This document shows positions 1 through 13,517 of a stretch of 64,000 nucleotides of DNA, in pieces. The stretch's first letter is position 1, and each line of letters begins with the position of its first letter. A model generated the notes under the pieces. The model had not been told where the DNA came from. It was given only the letters and a program-made list of their open reading frames with translations, and did no database searches. The position numbers and the translations under genes were made by a program. Origin of the DNA: Raillietiella orientalis (Eukaryota); the NCBI GenBank assembly GCA_036172245.1, contig JAYWIR010000030.1, positions 2,170,001 to 2,234,000 on the forward strand. The letters are read 5' to 3'.

Positions 1-123
1 TTGTGTAGGTTTCAGATTTTGTGGTAAAGTAACGAAAATTTTTTTTAGTTTTTTAGTGTAACCTGTTTTAATAAATGATTTCATAATTTCTAAATATGGA
101 ATAAATTTGTGAATGTTTTTCAG

Positions 124-3100
124 ATACTGGATTGATAGATTCTTGTGAAAGAGGATGCCCTGTGGGCCATGCATGCATAGAGAGACAATGCATTTTTCAA
201 GGTATCAAGTAAAATTTATTAATAAATAATGGTTTTACGAAATTTCTAATAAAAAAAATTCTCATAGAATTTCCAGTTCTGTTTCATCAAAAGAAAAATT
301 TTTTGTCTTTTATGTAGGAGTGTGTCATTACAATGAAGACTGCCCTTCAGGATATCTGTGTGATAGATTGAATCGAATTTGCAAACAAGTGTGTGATGTA
401 CAGAAATGTGGAGCAAATGCAGTCTGTCATGCAGAGTCACATGAAAGTCAATGTCTTTGTAATAAAGGATATACAGGAGATCCATATGTTGATTGTTCAC
501 TTGGTATAAATCGCTGTTTCTCTCAATAATTGTGGAAATTTCTTTTTGTTTTAGTTGTTGGATGTTTTTCCAATATGGAATGTCCAGATCATCTGGCATG
601 TGTAAATGGAGAATGTCAGACTCCTTGCCATTGTGGCTTAAATGCCATTTGTGAAGCTCAAAATCATCGAGGTATTTGCAAATGTCAGAGTGGTTATCAA
701 GGGAATCCGTTGACTTCTTGTGTACAAAGTAAGCAGACTCCTGTTCTCTGTAGTTTTCCTAAGATGATATTAGGTCGAAGAGATCCTTGTGTTCCTAATC
801 CTTGTGGTAAAAATGCCAACTGTGAAAATAGTGAAGGCAATCCTATATGCAGTTGTCCTAAAGGAATGACAGGAAATCCTTATGAAAAATGCAGTAAGAA
901 TATGGCATTGTATAGCTGAGTTAACATAGTATGTGTCTTTTAGTTCCAGAAGGATCTATGTGTGATGCAAATCAGTGCGGGGAAAATTCTGGCTGCCAAG
1001 TAATAGATCAACAGATTACTTGTTTTTGCCTACCAAATTTTATTGGTAATCCACCACTTGTGCCTTGCACAGTCCCAGCTACAGTTTGTGAGCCCAAGTC
1101 ATGTGGGCCTAACACTAACTGTCATATTGTTAATGGGTATGCTCGATGCACATGCAAATCGGGTTATGTGGAAAATCCTAACACTATTGCTGGTTGCATA
1201 AAGCATCAAAATCCTTGTGATTTAAAACCATGTGGACCTGCAGCTATTTGTGATCCTGAAAGAACACCAGTGTGCTATTGCCCAGGAGGATATGAAGGCA
1301 ACCCATTTGAATCTTGTCAAGGTTAGTTAAGAAAGTTGTTTCATACTCTCATTTGAGATGGTATACATGTTGAATTCTTGATCAACCTTGTGTGTTCAAA
1401 ATCAAAATGGTTTGTTTATTAATATTATTTTTCCTTAGTATATGACATTCAAGTAATGGCCATATGTTCAGAATTATTAAAAGATTCGGATTTAGATTTA
1501 TTTCTATAAAGCTCAAAGCAGATGAAAAAACATTTTGAAAAACGCAAAATATTAAAGGAAACATTTTGAATTTTTATAATGTCATGCTATGGATATCAAA
1601 TTCCTCATGTTATTTGTTTAATTACAGACAAAATGATTTGAAGTACCACATAGATTTCCTGACATTATAGACCTAGTGTTTCACTATAACATTGAACAAT
1701 TCTGTTGTACTAATAATTTTTTCGGTTTTTAAATATGCACGCTCGATAAAATTTTAGATTGATTTCACTTTTGACCTATGTGGGGGGATGACTTTTTCCA
1801 TGCATTTTATTTTTGTGATTTTGATCATAAACATGAAACTTTAAATCACGTACAGATTCCACAATCAGATTGCTAAAATTGTTATTTATAAGGAATTTAC
1901 TCAGTGGATTAATAGCATTTGATATTTCTCATCAGTTTTTATGTTTTGATAAATGAAGTCTACGAACTAAAAACCAATCGTGTAGCAAGGTCTATTGTTT
2001 TTAGGTTGAGCGTCTCACCTGGCTTTATTTTCATTTTCTATTATAAAACGAGGTCCTGCCTAGACCAATCTATAATTTTCATGTAATCCAATTTTAGTTA
2101 TTCAAGATGAAAATCTATGCAGCAGTATTGCCTGTGGTCCATTTGCAATTTGCGAAAATGGTGTTTGTAATTGCCTGCCAGAATATATTGGTAATCCACC
2201 GGAGCAGCTTTGTACAAGACGTTTGTCCCCCTGCGATCCATCACCTTGTGGATTGTATACATCGTGCACTATCAATTCACGTGGGCAGGCCATTTGTACA
2301 TGTTTGCCTGGTTACTTTGGAGACCCAGTCAAAGGATGCAACCCTGAATGCACCATTAATCAAGAATGTCCTGAAGAAAGTGCCTGTATTGGTCAAAAAT
2401 GTGTTGATCCATGTGATGGTTCTTGTGGTTTAAGTGCTGTGTGCCATGTTAATAATCACCAGCCTCTTTGTACGTGCATTGAAGGATTCACTGGAAATCC
2501 TTATAAAGGCTGTCAACAATTACATGGTTTGTTGTATTTTTTTATAACAGAAATTCATTGGTTTATTTAAGATGAATCATCACTTTTAAAAAATCCCTGC
2601 CAGCCTTCACCTTGTGGTTCTAATACTGATTGTAAAGTCATTGAGAATAGACCAGTATGTACATGCTACAATGGCTATTTTGGTGATCCGGCAAAGGGTT
2701 GTCGACCAGAATGTCTCCTTAATTCAGAGTGTCCAGAAGATAAATCATGTATTAATCAAAAATGTGTGAATCCCTGTCCAGATATTTGTGGCATCGATGC
2801 CATTTGTACTGTAAAAAACCACAAACCTACATGTTCGTGTCCTCCAGAATTATCAGGAAATGCTTTCATCCATTGTGTACCTCATTGTGAGTTCAATCAT
2901 CCCTGCAGATTAAATCTGACTATTTGTTTCTTGTAGCTATTCTTCCTTTGCCATCGGATCCTTGCCATCCTCATCCCTGTGGTCCTCATGCTTTTTGTCA
3001 AAATATTAACAATCGGGCAACCTGTTCATGCCTGCCTGGTTATTTGGAGAAGCCATGTCGGCCAAGTTGTGTATTAGATTCTGACTGCCCGTTAAATTTG

Positions 3101-6100
3101 GCTTGTAAAAATAATCAGTGTTTCGATCCATGTCCTGGAAGCTGTGGCATTCAAGCAGAATGCTATGTTGTCAGTCATTATCCAATGTGTCATTGTTCAG
3201 GGGATTATACTGGAGATCCTTTTGTTCAATGTAAAGAAATTACAGCTGGTCTGTATAAAAACGTACAATTTTTTTCTGAACTTATAATTGTATTTTTAGT
3301 TTTAAAAGTGGAACCATTTGATCTCTGCAATCCAAATCCTTGTGGTGTTAATGCTATCTGCCAAGTGCAAAATAATGTTGTTGCTTGTGTTTGCCTTTCA
3401 AATTATGTTGGTGATGCTTTAAGTGGATGCATGCCAGAATGTGTTACAAACTCACAGTGTCCTTTACAAATGGCCTGTCTTAATAATAAGTGTTCCAATC
3501 CATGTGTTCACACATGTGGTATTGGCGCAATATGTCAAGTAGTAAATCATAGTCCTACCTGTAGCTGCCCACGCAATTTTACTGGAGACCCTTTTGCATA
3601 CTGTCATTCCATTCGGGATCAAGGTGAGTATTTATGATTTCAATTTTCATGCAAAGAATTGTACACTTATGTTTGACTGTGCGTAGCATGTCCAAAAATT
3701 GTTTTTTTAAGGAATTGACTCCTAGTTTTTACATCATGTTTATCAAAATGTATTCATTTTTAATTCCCTCATCTCAAGAATTTTCGTTTTTCTGCTTTGT
3801 AACATAGTAGTCACCAAAAATTATTACTTTCGTAAACGGATTTACTTATAATTTATTATGGGTATTAATATTATAGGTAAATCATATATAGTACATTCAT
3901 ATTATAGGTAATTGTAGAATACAATCAAATGTATTATTGTTTGAATAATATATAAGCAGAGAAGATTTTCATACTTCCATATCCATATGAAATTGATTAT
4001 CAGATAATAAAATAGATAATCAGTTAGTGTAACAGAGTGTAGGAATTCAAATTCATTACCATAATAGTTATGTATAACACTTGTCTGCTTTCTAAACTCC
4101 ATCTTGATGTCTCATCCTTGCCTTCCCATGTCGTATATTTGGTTCTATACATATTATTTACTAAGAAACATATACGTGTTGTTATTGTTATTCATTACAC
4201 CCTAGTTAACATATTTATGTGTACTTACAGATTTAACAGTAATCACATATGCCTGTATTCCATCTCCATGTGGTCCAAATTCAAGGTGTCTGTATGTAGA
4301 AAATTTTCCTGTATGTTCTTGTGAACAAGGATATATCGGAATACCTCCAAATTGCAAACCAGAATGTGTTGTGAACGAAGACTGTTTACAAACACAAGCA
4401 TGTCTCAATCAAAAATGCTTGGACCCTTGTGTTGGCATATGTGGTGTTAACTCTGTTTGTGTAACAAGAAGCCATAAACCTACTTGCCGTTGTCCTGCTG
4501 ATCATACTGGAGATCCTTACCTATCATGTATCAAAATATCAAGAGGTATGTCTATTATTTTTTTCAAAAATCAAGAATTATTATATTTGTAAAGCATTAG
4601 CAACTCGTAACTCTATAAAGAATTATATTTTGAAAGAACTTAATCCACTTTATATTAATATCATTAAAAAAATTTTATCATGCAGACTACCGACAAACTA
4701 TTTTTGTGTGTATTCAGTAAGCACAACGTTTTTTTGATGTCTTATACCACTTTCCTGATAGCTCCACTAAATGTGAAGTCTTTGGGGTTCCATGAATTCA
4801 TCGGTAGTTACGCTGTACTGTATCTTATATGAAACTGATATCCATTGTTTTGTGTTTGTTGTGAAGATTTGGGTGCAAGAATCTTTAAAAACAATCTTTC
4901 TTAGCTAACACTTGAGTTTTTGACCACATTTCGCATTTTAAAGCTAACCGAAGCATTCAGTATATCAGGTCATTCAAAACTTTGTCTTTGTTCTAATACC
5001 AGATTTTATTGGCTGATACTTGTATATCCAAATCAGCAGGGATTGCTACACTGAAACATGAAACGAATAGGGAATGTATTTAATGATATATCAGAGAAAA
5101 TTATTGAATGCGATATTGATTTTATTTACAACTTAATCAGGAAAAGTGTTTGTCTTGTTATGTATTTTTTAACATTGTTGGTGTAGTTTTTGATCCGGTT
5201 TTCCAAAAGAAACATTTCTTAAATTTGTATTCTATTCATTTCATTTGCTTTACTAACAAATGCATTTACGTTGCTACAGCAACCGAACTTAATTTGAACT
5301 ATTCTACATATGTAGCCCCAGTGGATGAGAAGTAATGGAGATTCTCTTATCAGTGGATATGCATTATACTTGTACCAACATTTGTGTTTTCCTTGATTTA
5401 ATTTTTGTCATGTCGATCGTTTCATTTAATGTAGTTTTGTACGTGCATTTCTTTTGCACGTTTTCGTGCAGTTCTTTTCCAGATCCCAGAGTAATTCACT
5501 TATAATAAGAATAATAATTTAGATTAACCGGAATTAACTTATGGTTTTCCTGGAAGTGCCTCTTACAGTTTATTAAACTATTCCATCCAAGAGTTATGGT
5601 CAAAAAAATAATTTTCAATTTTGGGAAATGCCGTTTGGATCTTTGGCACTGCCCTAAAAAGAGTCTGAGTGTAATCTGTACAAAGTAATTATATAGCCTT
5701 GCATTTTAATGCTATTAATGCCATTTGTGATATAATCATTAGAATCACAATTTTAGGTTTTTTGTGCTGTTTTGCAACTTTGCTATTCTCATCATTTGTT
5801 CACTTTATATAGGTACAGAAGAAACTTCAAACCCGTGTGCTCCTAACCCATGTGGTCCGAATGCTATTTGCAAGCCCAAAAATGGAATAGGCATATGTTC
5901 CTGTGCTGATCCGAATTACGTGGGAAATCCCTATGAAGAATGCCGCCCAGAATGTTTATTGAATAACGATTGTGCACCAGATAAAGCATGCATTAACTCT
6001 AAATGTACAAATCCTTGCCCTGGATCTTGTGGTTTAAATGCCCATTGTGAGGTCAGGAATCATAATCCTATATGCGATTGCCTTCCTGGTTACAAAGGAG

Positions 6101-9100
6101 ACCCATTAATATCTTGTCAATTAAAACCAGAGAGTAAGAACAGGGATGATTAAAAATGAAAAAGTAACGATTTTTTAACTTCAGAGCCATTGTTGCCTCC
6201 AGCTCAAGTTTTAGACCCATGTAATCCAAATCCTTGTGGGGTTCATGCTGTGTGCTCTGTTGTACAAGCTGCTGCATCCTGCATTTGTTTACCTAATTAC
6301 TTTGGAAATCCATTAGTTTCTTGTCGTCCAGAATGTGTTGCGTCTTCCGAGTGCCCACCAAATTTAGCATGCGTCAATTTAAAATGCAGAAATCCATGTG
6401 TTGATGTATGCGGTACGAATGCTTTTTGCCAAGTTGTAAACCACAAAGCCGTTTGTACGTGCATTAAAGAATATACAGGAGATCCATTTGAAAAGTGCGA
6501 GAAAATTGAAATAGGTTTGTTGAGTGCATAAGTATTTTGTTTTGTAATTTTCAATGGTAGATGATAGAGTTTCTGTCATCGGTGATCCATGCCATCCAAC
6601 ACCTTGTGGGCCATTTTCAAGATGCCAGACTCAGGACGGTGTAGCTGTTTGTTCATGTGATTTCAGTTACATAGGCAGACCACCTAATTGTCGGCCAGAG
6701 TGCAACAGTCATTCAGATTGCTCTTCTGATTCAGTTTGCATGAATCAGAAATGCATAAATCCCTGTCCCTCTTCTTGTGCCGTAAATGCATTATGTTTAT
6801 TAGTTAATCACAACCCAGTATGTAATTGTCCATTGGGATTTACTGGGAATCCATTTATTGACTGCTTTCTTTTTGATGGTAAGAATAGAATCTATTTTTA
6901 AATAATTTTTGGTTTCATACTTTAAAAAACTAACTTTGCATATCCAAAACAATTATGATTCACCGCAATCATTGTCTTTATCATGCAGATCATACAGAAT
7001 CCGAGTTACCAGTGCCTAAACCTTGTGATGATCCCTACTTTTGTGGTGCTAATGCCAAATGTGTAGATGTAAATGGAGTTGGAGTTTGTAGCTGCATTTA
7101 TAACTATGTTGGCAATCCTTATGTGGGCTGTCGGCCACAGTGCGTTTTGAATTCAGATTGCCCTAATATGAAAGCATGTCTGAATAATGAATGTAAAGAC
7201 CCATGTGTTGGAACTTGTGGTATCAATGCAGAATGTTCAGTGCAAAACCATAGTCCTCAGTGTTATTGCCCTCCTGGTTACACAGGAAGAGCTTCAATTT
7301 CATGTACAAAAATTGAATATAGAAGTAAGTCACGCAATGTCAATAATTTCTTATGTTTTCTTACAATTGTTTGTAAATTTGTTGATGTTTTAGTATTATG
7401 TTGAAAATTCAATCATTGAATTCTTTTTTTTTCTCTTTTGTTTTCTAGCAACACCACGGACAGTCCTGAGTGATCCTTGTAATCCATCTCCCTGCGGAGC
7501 AAATGCAATTTGTAGAGTTGTCAGTGGTGTTGGTTCATGTTCATGTTTAAACGAATACACTGGAAATCCTTTAGTAAGCTGTAGGCCTCAGTGCGAAATA
7601 AGTTCCGATTGTCCGTTTCATTTATCATGCTTTAATAACAAATGTGCGGACCCTTGTCCTGGAACTTGTGGATTTAATGCCATTTGCCAAGTTACCAATC
7701 ATGTTCCAAACTGTCGTTGCCCTGCTGATCATACCGGTGATCCTGTATCTTTATGTTCTCCAGTTCCAGTCAGTATGTGATAACCATTGGTGTTGTTTAA
7801 AAGGTATTAATTGTTGTGCGTTTTATTTTTAGTTGAAATTCCACCAGTGGTTCATAACTTGTGTAATCCCAGTCCTTGTGGTCCTAATGCCATTTGTAAA
7901 ATAACTAATCAGAAAGTTAATTGTTTATGTATGCCAAACTTTTATGGCAGCCCACCAAACTGTCATCCTGAATGCCTTTTGGACATGGATTGCACATTTG
8001 AAAAAGCATGTATAGGACAAAAATGCACTGATCCCTGTGTTGGTGCTTGTGGAGTTAATGCAACTTGTGCTGTTCGTAATCATGCTCCAATCTGTAGTTG
8101 CAGTAATGGCTACTCTGGAGATCCATTTACATTTTGCTATGTGCAATCTACAAGTATGATAAAAAAATATCTTAAAAAAACAATATGATTGAAATTTACC
8201 ACGGATTTATTATTTTATAGCTGAAACTCCAAGTCTTCCATTGGATCCATGCATTCCATCTCCATGTGGAGTCAATGCAAAATGCCGGGTTCAAGAAAAT
8301 CACCCTGTTTGCACATGTTTTCCTGAGTTCCTTGGCAATCCATATGAAGGTTGCCGTCCAGAATGTCTTGCACATTCAGAATGTCCTGCAGACCAAGCTT
8401 GCATTAAAAATAAATGTCAAAATCCATGTTTGGGATCATGTGGTCTCAATTCACAATGTTATGTTCAGAGTCATATACCATCTTGTATTTGTACTACTGG
8501 ATATACAGGAGATCCTTTCAGCCACTGTATCCCAGGTATTTTGCGAATATTTCAAAATGTATGCTGAATTGCTTTTTTAGTTTCTCAAGGAAAACTACCT
8601 CATACAGATGCATGTAATCCATCATCTTGTGGAGTCAATACAATTTGCAAAATAGTTGATGACTATCCAGTGTGTACCTGCAAGGAAGGTTATTTTGGTT
8701 CCCCAGAAAATGGATGTCGTCCAGAGTGCATACTGAATTCCGACTGTAATATTGAATTAGCATGCTTAATGCAAAAATGTGCGGATCCTTGCATTGATAC
8801 TTGTGGACAAAGTGCTGAGTGTACAGTTGTAAACCACAATCCCCTGTGTTCTTGTAAAAAAGGATTCTTTGGAGATCCATTTTTACGCTGTAGCAAAAGT
8901 AAGATAATAATACTAATGATTATAAAGTTAATTGTGAAATATAGTTCCAGAAATATCCCAAGAACCTGAAGATCCTTGTCACTTGGGGACTTGTGGTGAA
9001 AATACAGTTTGCAATATAATTGATGGAAGACCTGTTTGTTCCTGCATTGAGAATTACATTGGGAATCCTTCTCTTGGCTGTTATCCAGAGTGTGCTATTC

Positions 9101-12100
9101 ATTCAGATTGCCCCCTTAATCAAGCCTGTATTAAGTGGAAGTGTCGTGATCCTTGCTATGATGTCTGTGGGAAATCTGCAATTTGTGAAGCCATTATGCA
9201 TGTCCCTGTATGCACTTGCCCTGAAGGTTTCACTGGTGATCCATTTTCATTTTGTGAACGAAGTAAGTATAGTATGTCAATAACTTTGCTGTTTACAGAA
9301 TGTCTCCAGTCAGGTTAACAGATCATACCACCACTTCAGCTATTGATCCTTGTTCTCCATCTCCTTGTGGAGCTAATGCTGCTTGTACAATACTTAGCAA
9401 TAGACCATTGTGCACATGTTTACCTGAATATTTTGGCAATCCTCACATTTCTTGTCATCCTGAATGCGTCCTTGATTCAGATTGTCCAACTTATAAGCAT
9501 TGCAAAAATAATAAGTGCATAAATGTGTGTCCTGGTGTTTGTGGTATTAATGCTGAATGTATAACTATAAATCATCATCCTATGTGTTCCTGCGCTGATG
9601 GATATACAGGAGATCCATTTCAATCTTGCAATTGTGAGCACATGGAATCTAGAGTCAGCAAATCACTTGCCTTGTGAATTTCAGTAATTTTGTCAACTAC
9701 TACAATTTCAGTCTTTCAAAATTTATGTTATCCTTCTCCATGTGGAATAAACACGAAATGTGAAATCATAGCAGGACGTCCTGTGTGTACATGCAAAAAA
9801 GGGTTCTTTGGTAACCCCAATGAAGGTTGTCGTCGAGAATGCACATTAAATACAGATTGTGCTTCCCATCTTGCATGTATTAATTACAAATGTCAAGATT
9901 CTTGTTTAAATGTTTGTGGTATTAACGCACAATGTGAAACTTATAATCACAATCCTTTATGTTCTTGTCCTGAAGGGTACTCAGGTGATCCTTTAGAACG
10001 TTGTAAAATCGGTAAATACCTTCATGTCATTTCATCGCATTTCATGGAAATTATGCAAGCATCTATTACTCAGTCAAATGTTTGCATTTTGTCTGTGAGC
10101 TATGTTATGTAATGCTTTTTTGTTTTGTGTAATTGCTTATTATCCATAACAAAATTAATGGATTAATTTTTGTCTTAATGTTCAAAATAGTCATTTAATT
10201 TTTTCTATGGAATATTGCCATGAAAATGAGAATTCTGATGTTGTGTTTTTATTCCATCAGTTGCATCTGTGCCAACTCTTTCTGATCTCTGTAATCCTAA
10301 TCCCTGTGGTATTCGTGCAGAATGTAAAGTGATCAATGAGAAGCATTTTTGTACTTGCCCCCCGGGATTTGAAGGAAATCCCGAAATTCGCTGTCAAGCG
10401 GAGTGTGAAATACATGCAGAGTGCTCCCCAGGAAAAGTTTGTATAAATTACCAGTGTCAGGATCCTTGTATTGGTGCATGTGGTGTTAATGCACACTGTG
10501 AAGTTATCAACGATCATGCATTTTGCACTTGCGCAGCAGAATATGATGGCGATCCTCTTGTTCAGTGTACGCGGAAACCTCCCGGTAATATTTCCTATTA
10601 ACTTGCAAAATAGTATGAATGATTTTTAGTTTCTCCATCTACAGTGCGACCTGAGTGTATCACAAATGGTGAATGTCCTCTAAACCTTGCATGTATTCAG
10701 AATCGATGCCAGGATCTATGTGTTTTGTATCCTGGAATATGTGTTCAGAATGCAGATTGTAAAATGAAATACCACCGTCCTTTTTGTACATGTCGTGATG
10801 GTTTCGTTGGTAATCCTGCAGAACAGTGTGCAGAATGTAATTCAAATTTTGTCAAAAACAATGAGTATCTAATTCCCTATATTTTTTTTTAGCTGGCTGC
10901 TATTCCAATAATGACTGTGATATAACTGAAGCCTGCATTAACAAACAATGCCAAGATCCTTGCATATTTCAAAGTTGTGGTTTTGGTGCTCAGTGTCAAG
11001 TTCAGAACCACAGACCTCAATGCAAATGTCCTATATACTTCACTGGAAATCCTCTGAAACATTGTGAAAGACCAGAATGTTTGTCAAATGATGAGTGCCC
11101 ATTTGTCTTGGCTTGTAAAGACCATCATTGCAAAGATCCATGTAACTGTGGATTGCATGCAGAATGTCAAGTTTTCAACCATCGTCCACAGTGTCGATGC
11201 CCATTTGGATTTGATGGCGATCCTTTAGTTCAGTGTTATTCACGTAAGAAAGAAAAAATGCTTTCTTAATAAATGTATAATGAACTCAGGTACAACATCC
11301 TCATCAGTAGGATGCAGCTCAGATTCTGAGTGTCAGTCTAATTTAGCATGCTTCAATGGTGATTGTGTAAATCCATGTTCCGTTAGCAATCCATGTGGAA
11401 AGAATTCTGTTTGTTCAGTTGTAAATACATTACCATTGAGAGCAATAATTTGCCAGTGTCCAGCTGGAACAACCGGAAATCCAGATGTAGAATGCTCACA
11501 ATGTAAGATGGAAATTGTAAAATTTCTCACATTTATAAGTATCATTGAGACATGTAATTAATGATTGTCCTTTCCCAGTATCCGTCACAGATATCGGCTG
11601 TATGAATGACTTGAGTTGCAAGAATAATGAAATATGTAGAAATCAGCAATGCATTAATCCATGCAGCTTCTTAAGCAACTGTGCTGTCAGTGCCACCTGT
11701 GATGTCCACAATCATCAAATGAAATGTACTTGCCCTGACGGTTTTACTGGGAATCCACAAGAACACTGTTATGCAAGTAAGAACAAGTGCAATTATGTCT
11801 TTATATTGTAAGAACAAAGTAAAAGAAGAAAATGCCTTTGTTTTTATACCCATGATCAATAATCGCTGGAATTGTCTTCTTTCCAGTTTCATTAGTTCCT
11901 CAAGCAGAGTGTCATATTGATGAGAATTGTGTCACAGTTCAAGCTTGTATCAATTCAGAATGTCAAGATCCATGTTCTGTGACTCAAGCTTGTGCTAGGA
12001 ATGCTAAATGTAAAACACAACAACACAGACCATTTTGTTCTTGTGCAGATGGATGGGTCGGTAATCCTCACATTCGTTGCTTTCGGCGTAAGTTTCGTTT

Positions 12101-13517
12101 TAGCTTTCACGGCTTCATGTTTTGATGTTTTCTTTGATGAACATGCATATTAATGTCCATTTTCATAATATAGAAAGTTAGGCATACAATTTGGATTTTG
12201 TATTGTTTTAATATTTCATTTGCAAATTGTCAATTGAAGTTGACTGCATGTGTATTTGTCAAGTTGAAATGGTAGTTCATTTAATCTTGAAAAGTTTGGC
12301 ATTCAAAGATTTGTTCGTTTCAAATATCTAAAAATTTTGTTCAGATAATTTGATTCAAAATTAAGCAAATTTATTTACTATTTTTAGCTGAATGTTTAAA
12401 CGCAAGTGAATGCCCGTATGATAAGGATTGCATTAATGGGAAGTGTTTAAATCCTTGCCAATATGGAAATGTAAACTGTGGACAGAATGCACTTTGCCAT
12501 GTTCTCAAACATGAAGCTCATTGCATGTGCCCCCCCGGAACCCAGGGAAATCCCAACACAGTTTGCATAACTGCTGGGTGTCTTTCCGATCAGCAGTGTC
12601 AGACTAATGAAATATGTGACCGTGTAAATGGTCGTTGTTCTCCTGTATGTCAATTTAATTCTTGTCCATCCACTGCATATTGTAAAGGCGAGAACCATAA
12701 GGCAATATGTATCTGCCCAGAAGGATATCGAGGAAACCCTTACATAAATTGCAGAATTGGTATGGTGTACTGTGATCATCAATAGATTTCTGTTTTCTAG
12801 AATTACCAGCCACTTCAACAGCTAAGCCTGAGTGTGTACGTGATTCAGATTGCCCATCGCAATTAGCTTGTTTGACAGAGACTTGTCAGAATCCATGTTT
12901 AATAGATAAAGCATGCTATCCAGATCAAAAATGTAGTGTCTTAAGTACAGCTCCATTAAAAACCATAATCTGTGAATGTCCTTTGGATACTGTTTTATCT
13001 ACATCTGGAAAGTGCATTGTCCCAGGTGAATTTCAATGTGCTGTCACATAATACAGTAACAAATTCATGTAGGGCCTCATCAAGAATGCTTCAGCGACGT
13101 AGAGTGTTCTTCTATACAAAAATGTAATGCTGGAAAATGTGAAAATCCATGTTTTGTTGGCGACCCTTGTCCAGCCAGTGCTTTTTGTATTCCTCAAAAT
13201 CACAAGTCACAATGCACATGTCCATCAGGAACTACAGGAAATCCAAATTTATTATGTGAACCAGGTAAGAGGAACCTCAGAAACAATACTCGATCACCAA
13301 GTGTATTGATCACTTCTGTATCTCCAGTACGGCCACTTCACTGCATTAACAATCAGCAGTGTTCTCTTGAAGAGTTTTGTTTCGATGGAGAATGCCGCAA
13401 TCCTTGTGATCGACACTTATGTGCATTATCAGCTCATTGTATTGTTGAAAATCATCAGCCTATTTGTAAATGTCCAGCAGGAATGCAAGGAAATCCACTT
13501 ATAGAATGCAAGCCAGG
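124..13517 (+). CDS. dpy: Dumpy exon block: EGF-DPY-EGF repeat exons, mostly ~300 bp with phase-1 introns
   Basis: Repeated exons such as 5813-6134, 8222-8536 and 8944-9262 each encode one EGF+DPY+EGF unit ('CRPEC..NSDCP...AC'). Most introns are 43-60 nt, with a few of 0.3-1.3 kb. Boundaries were read by eye. Confidence 0.88.
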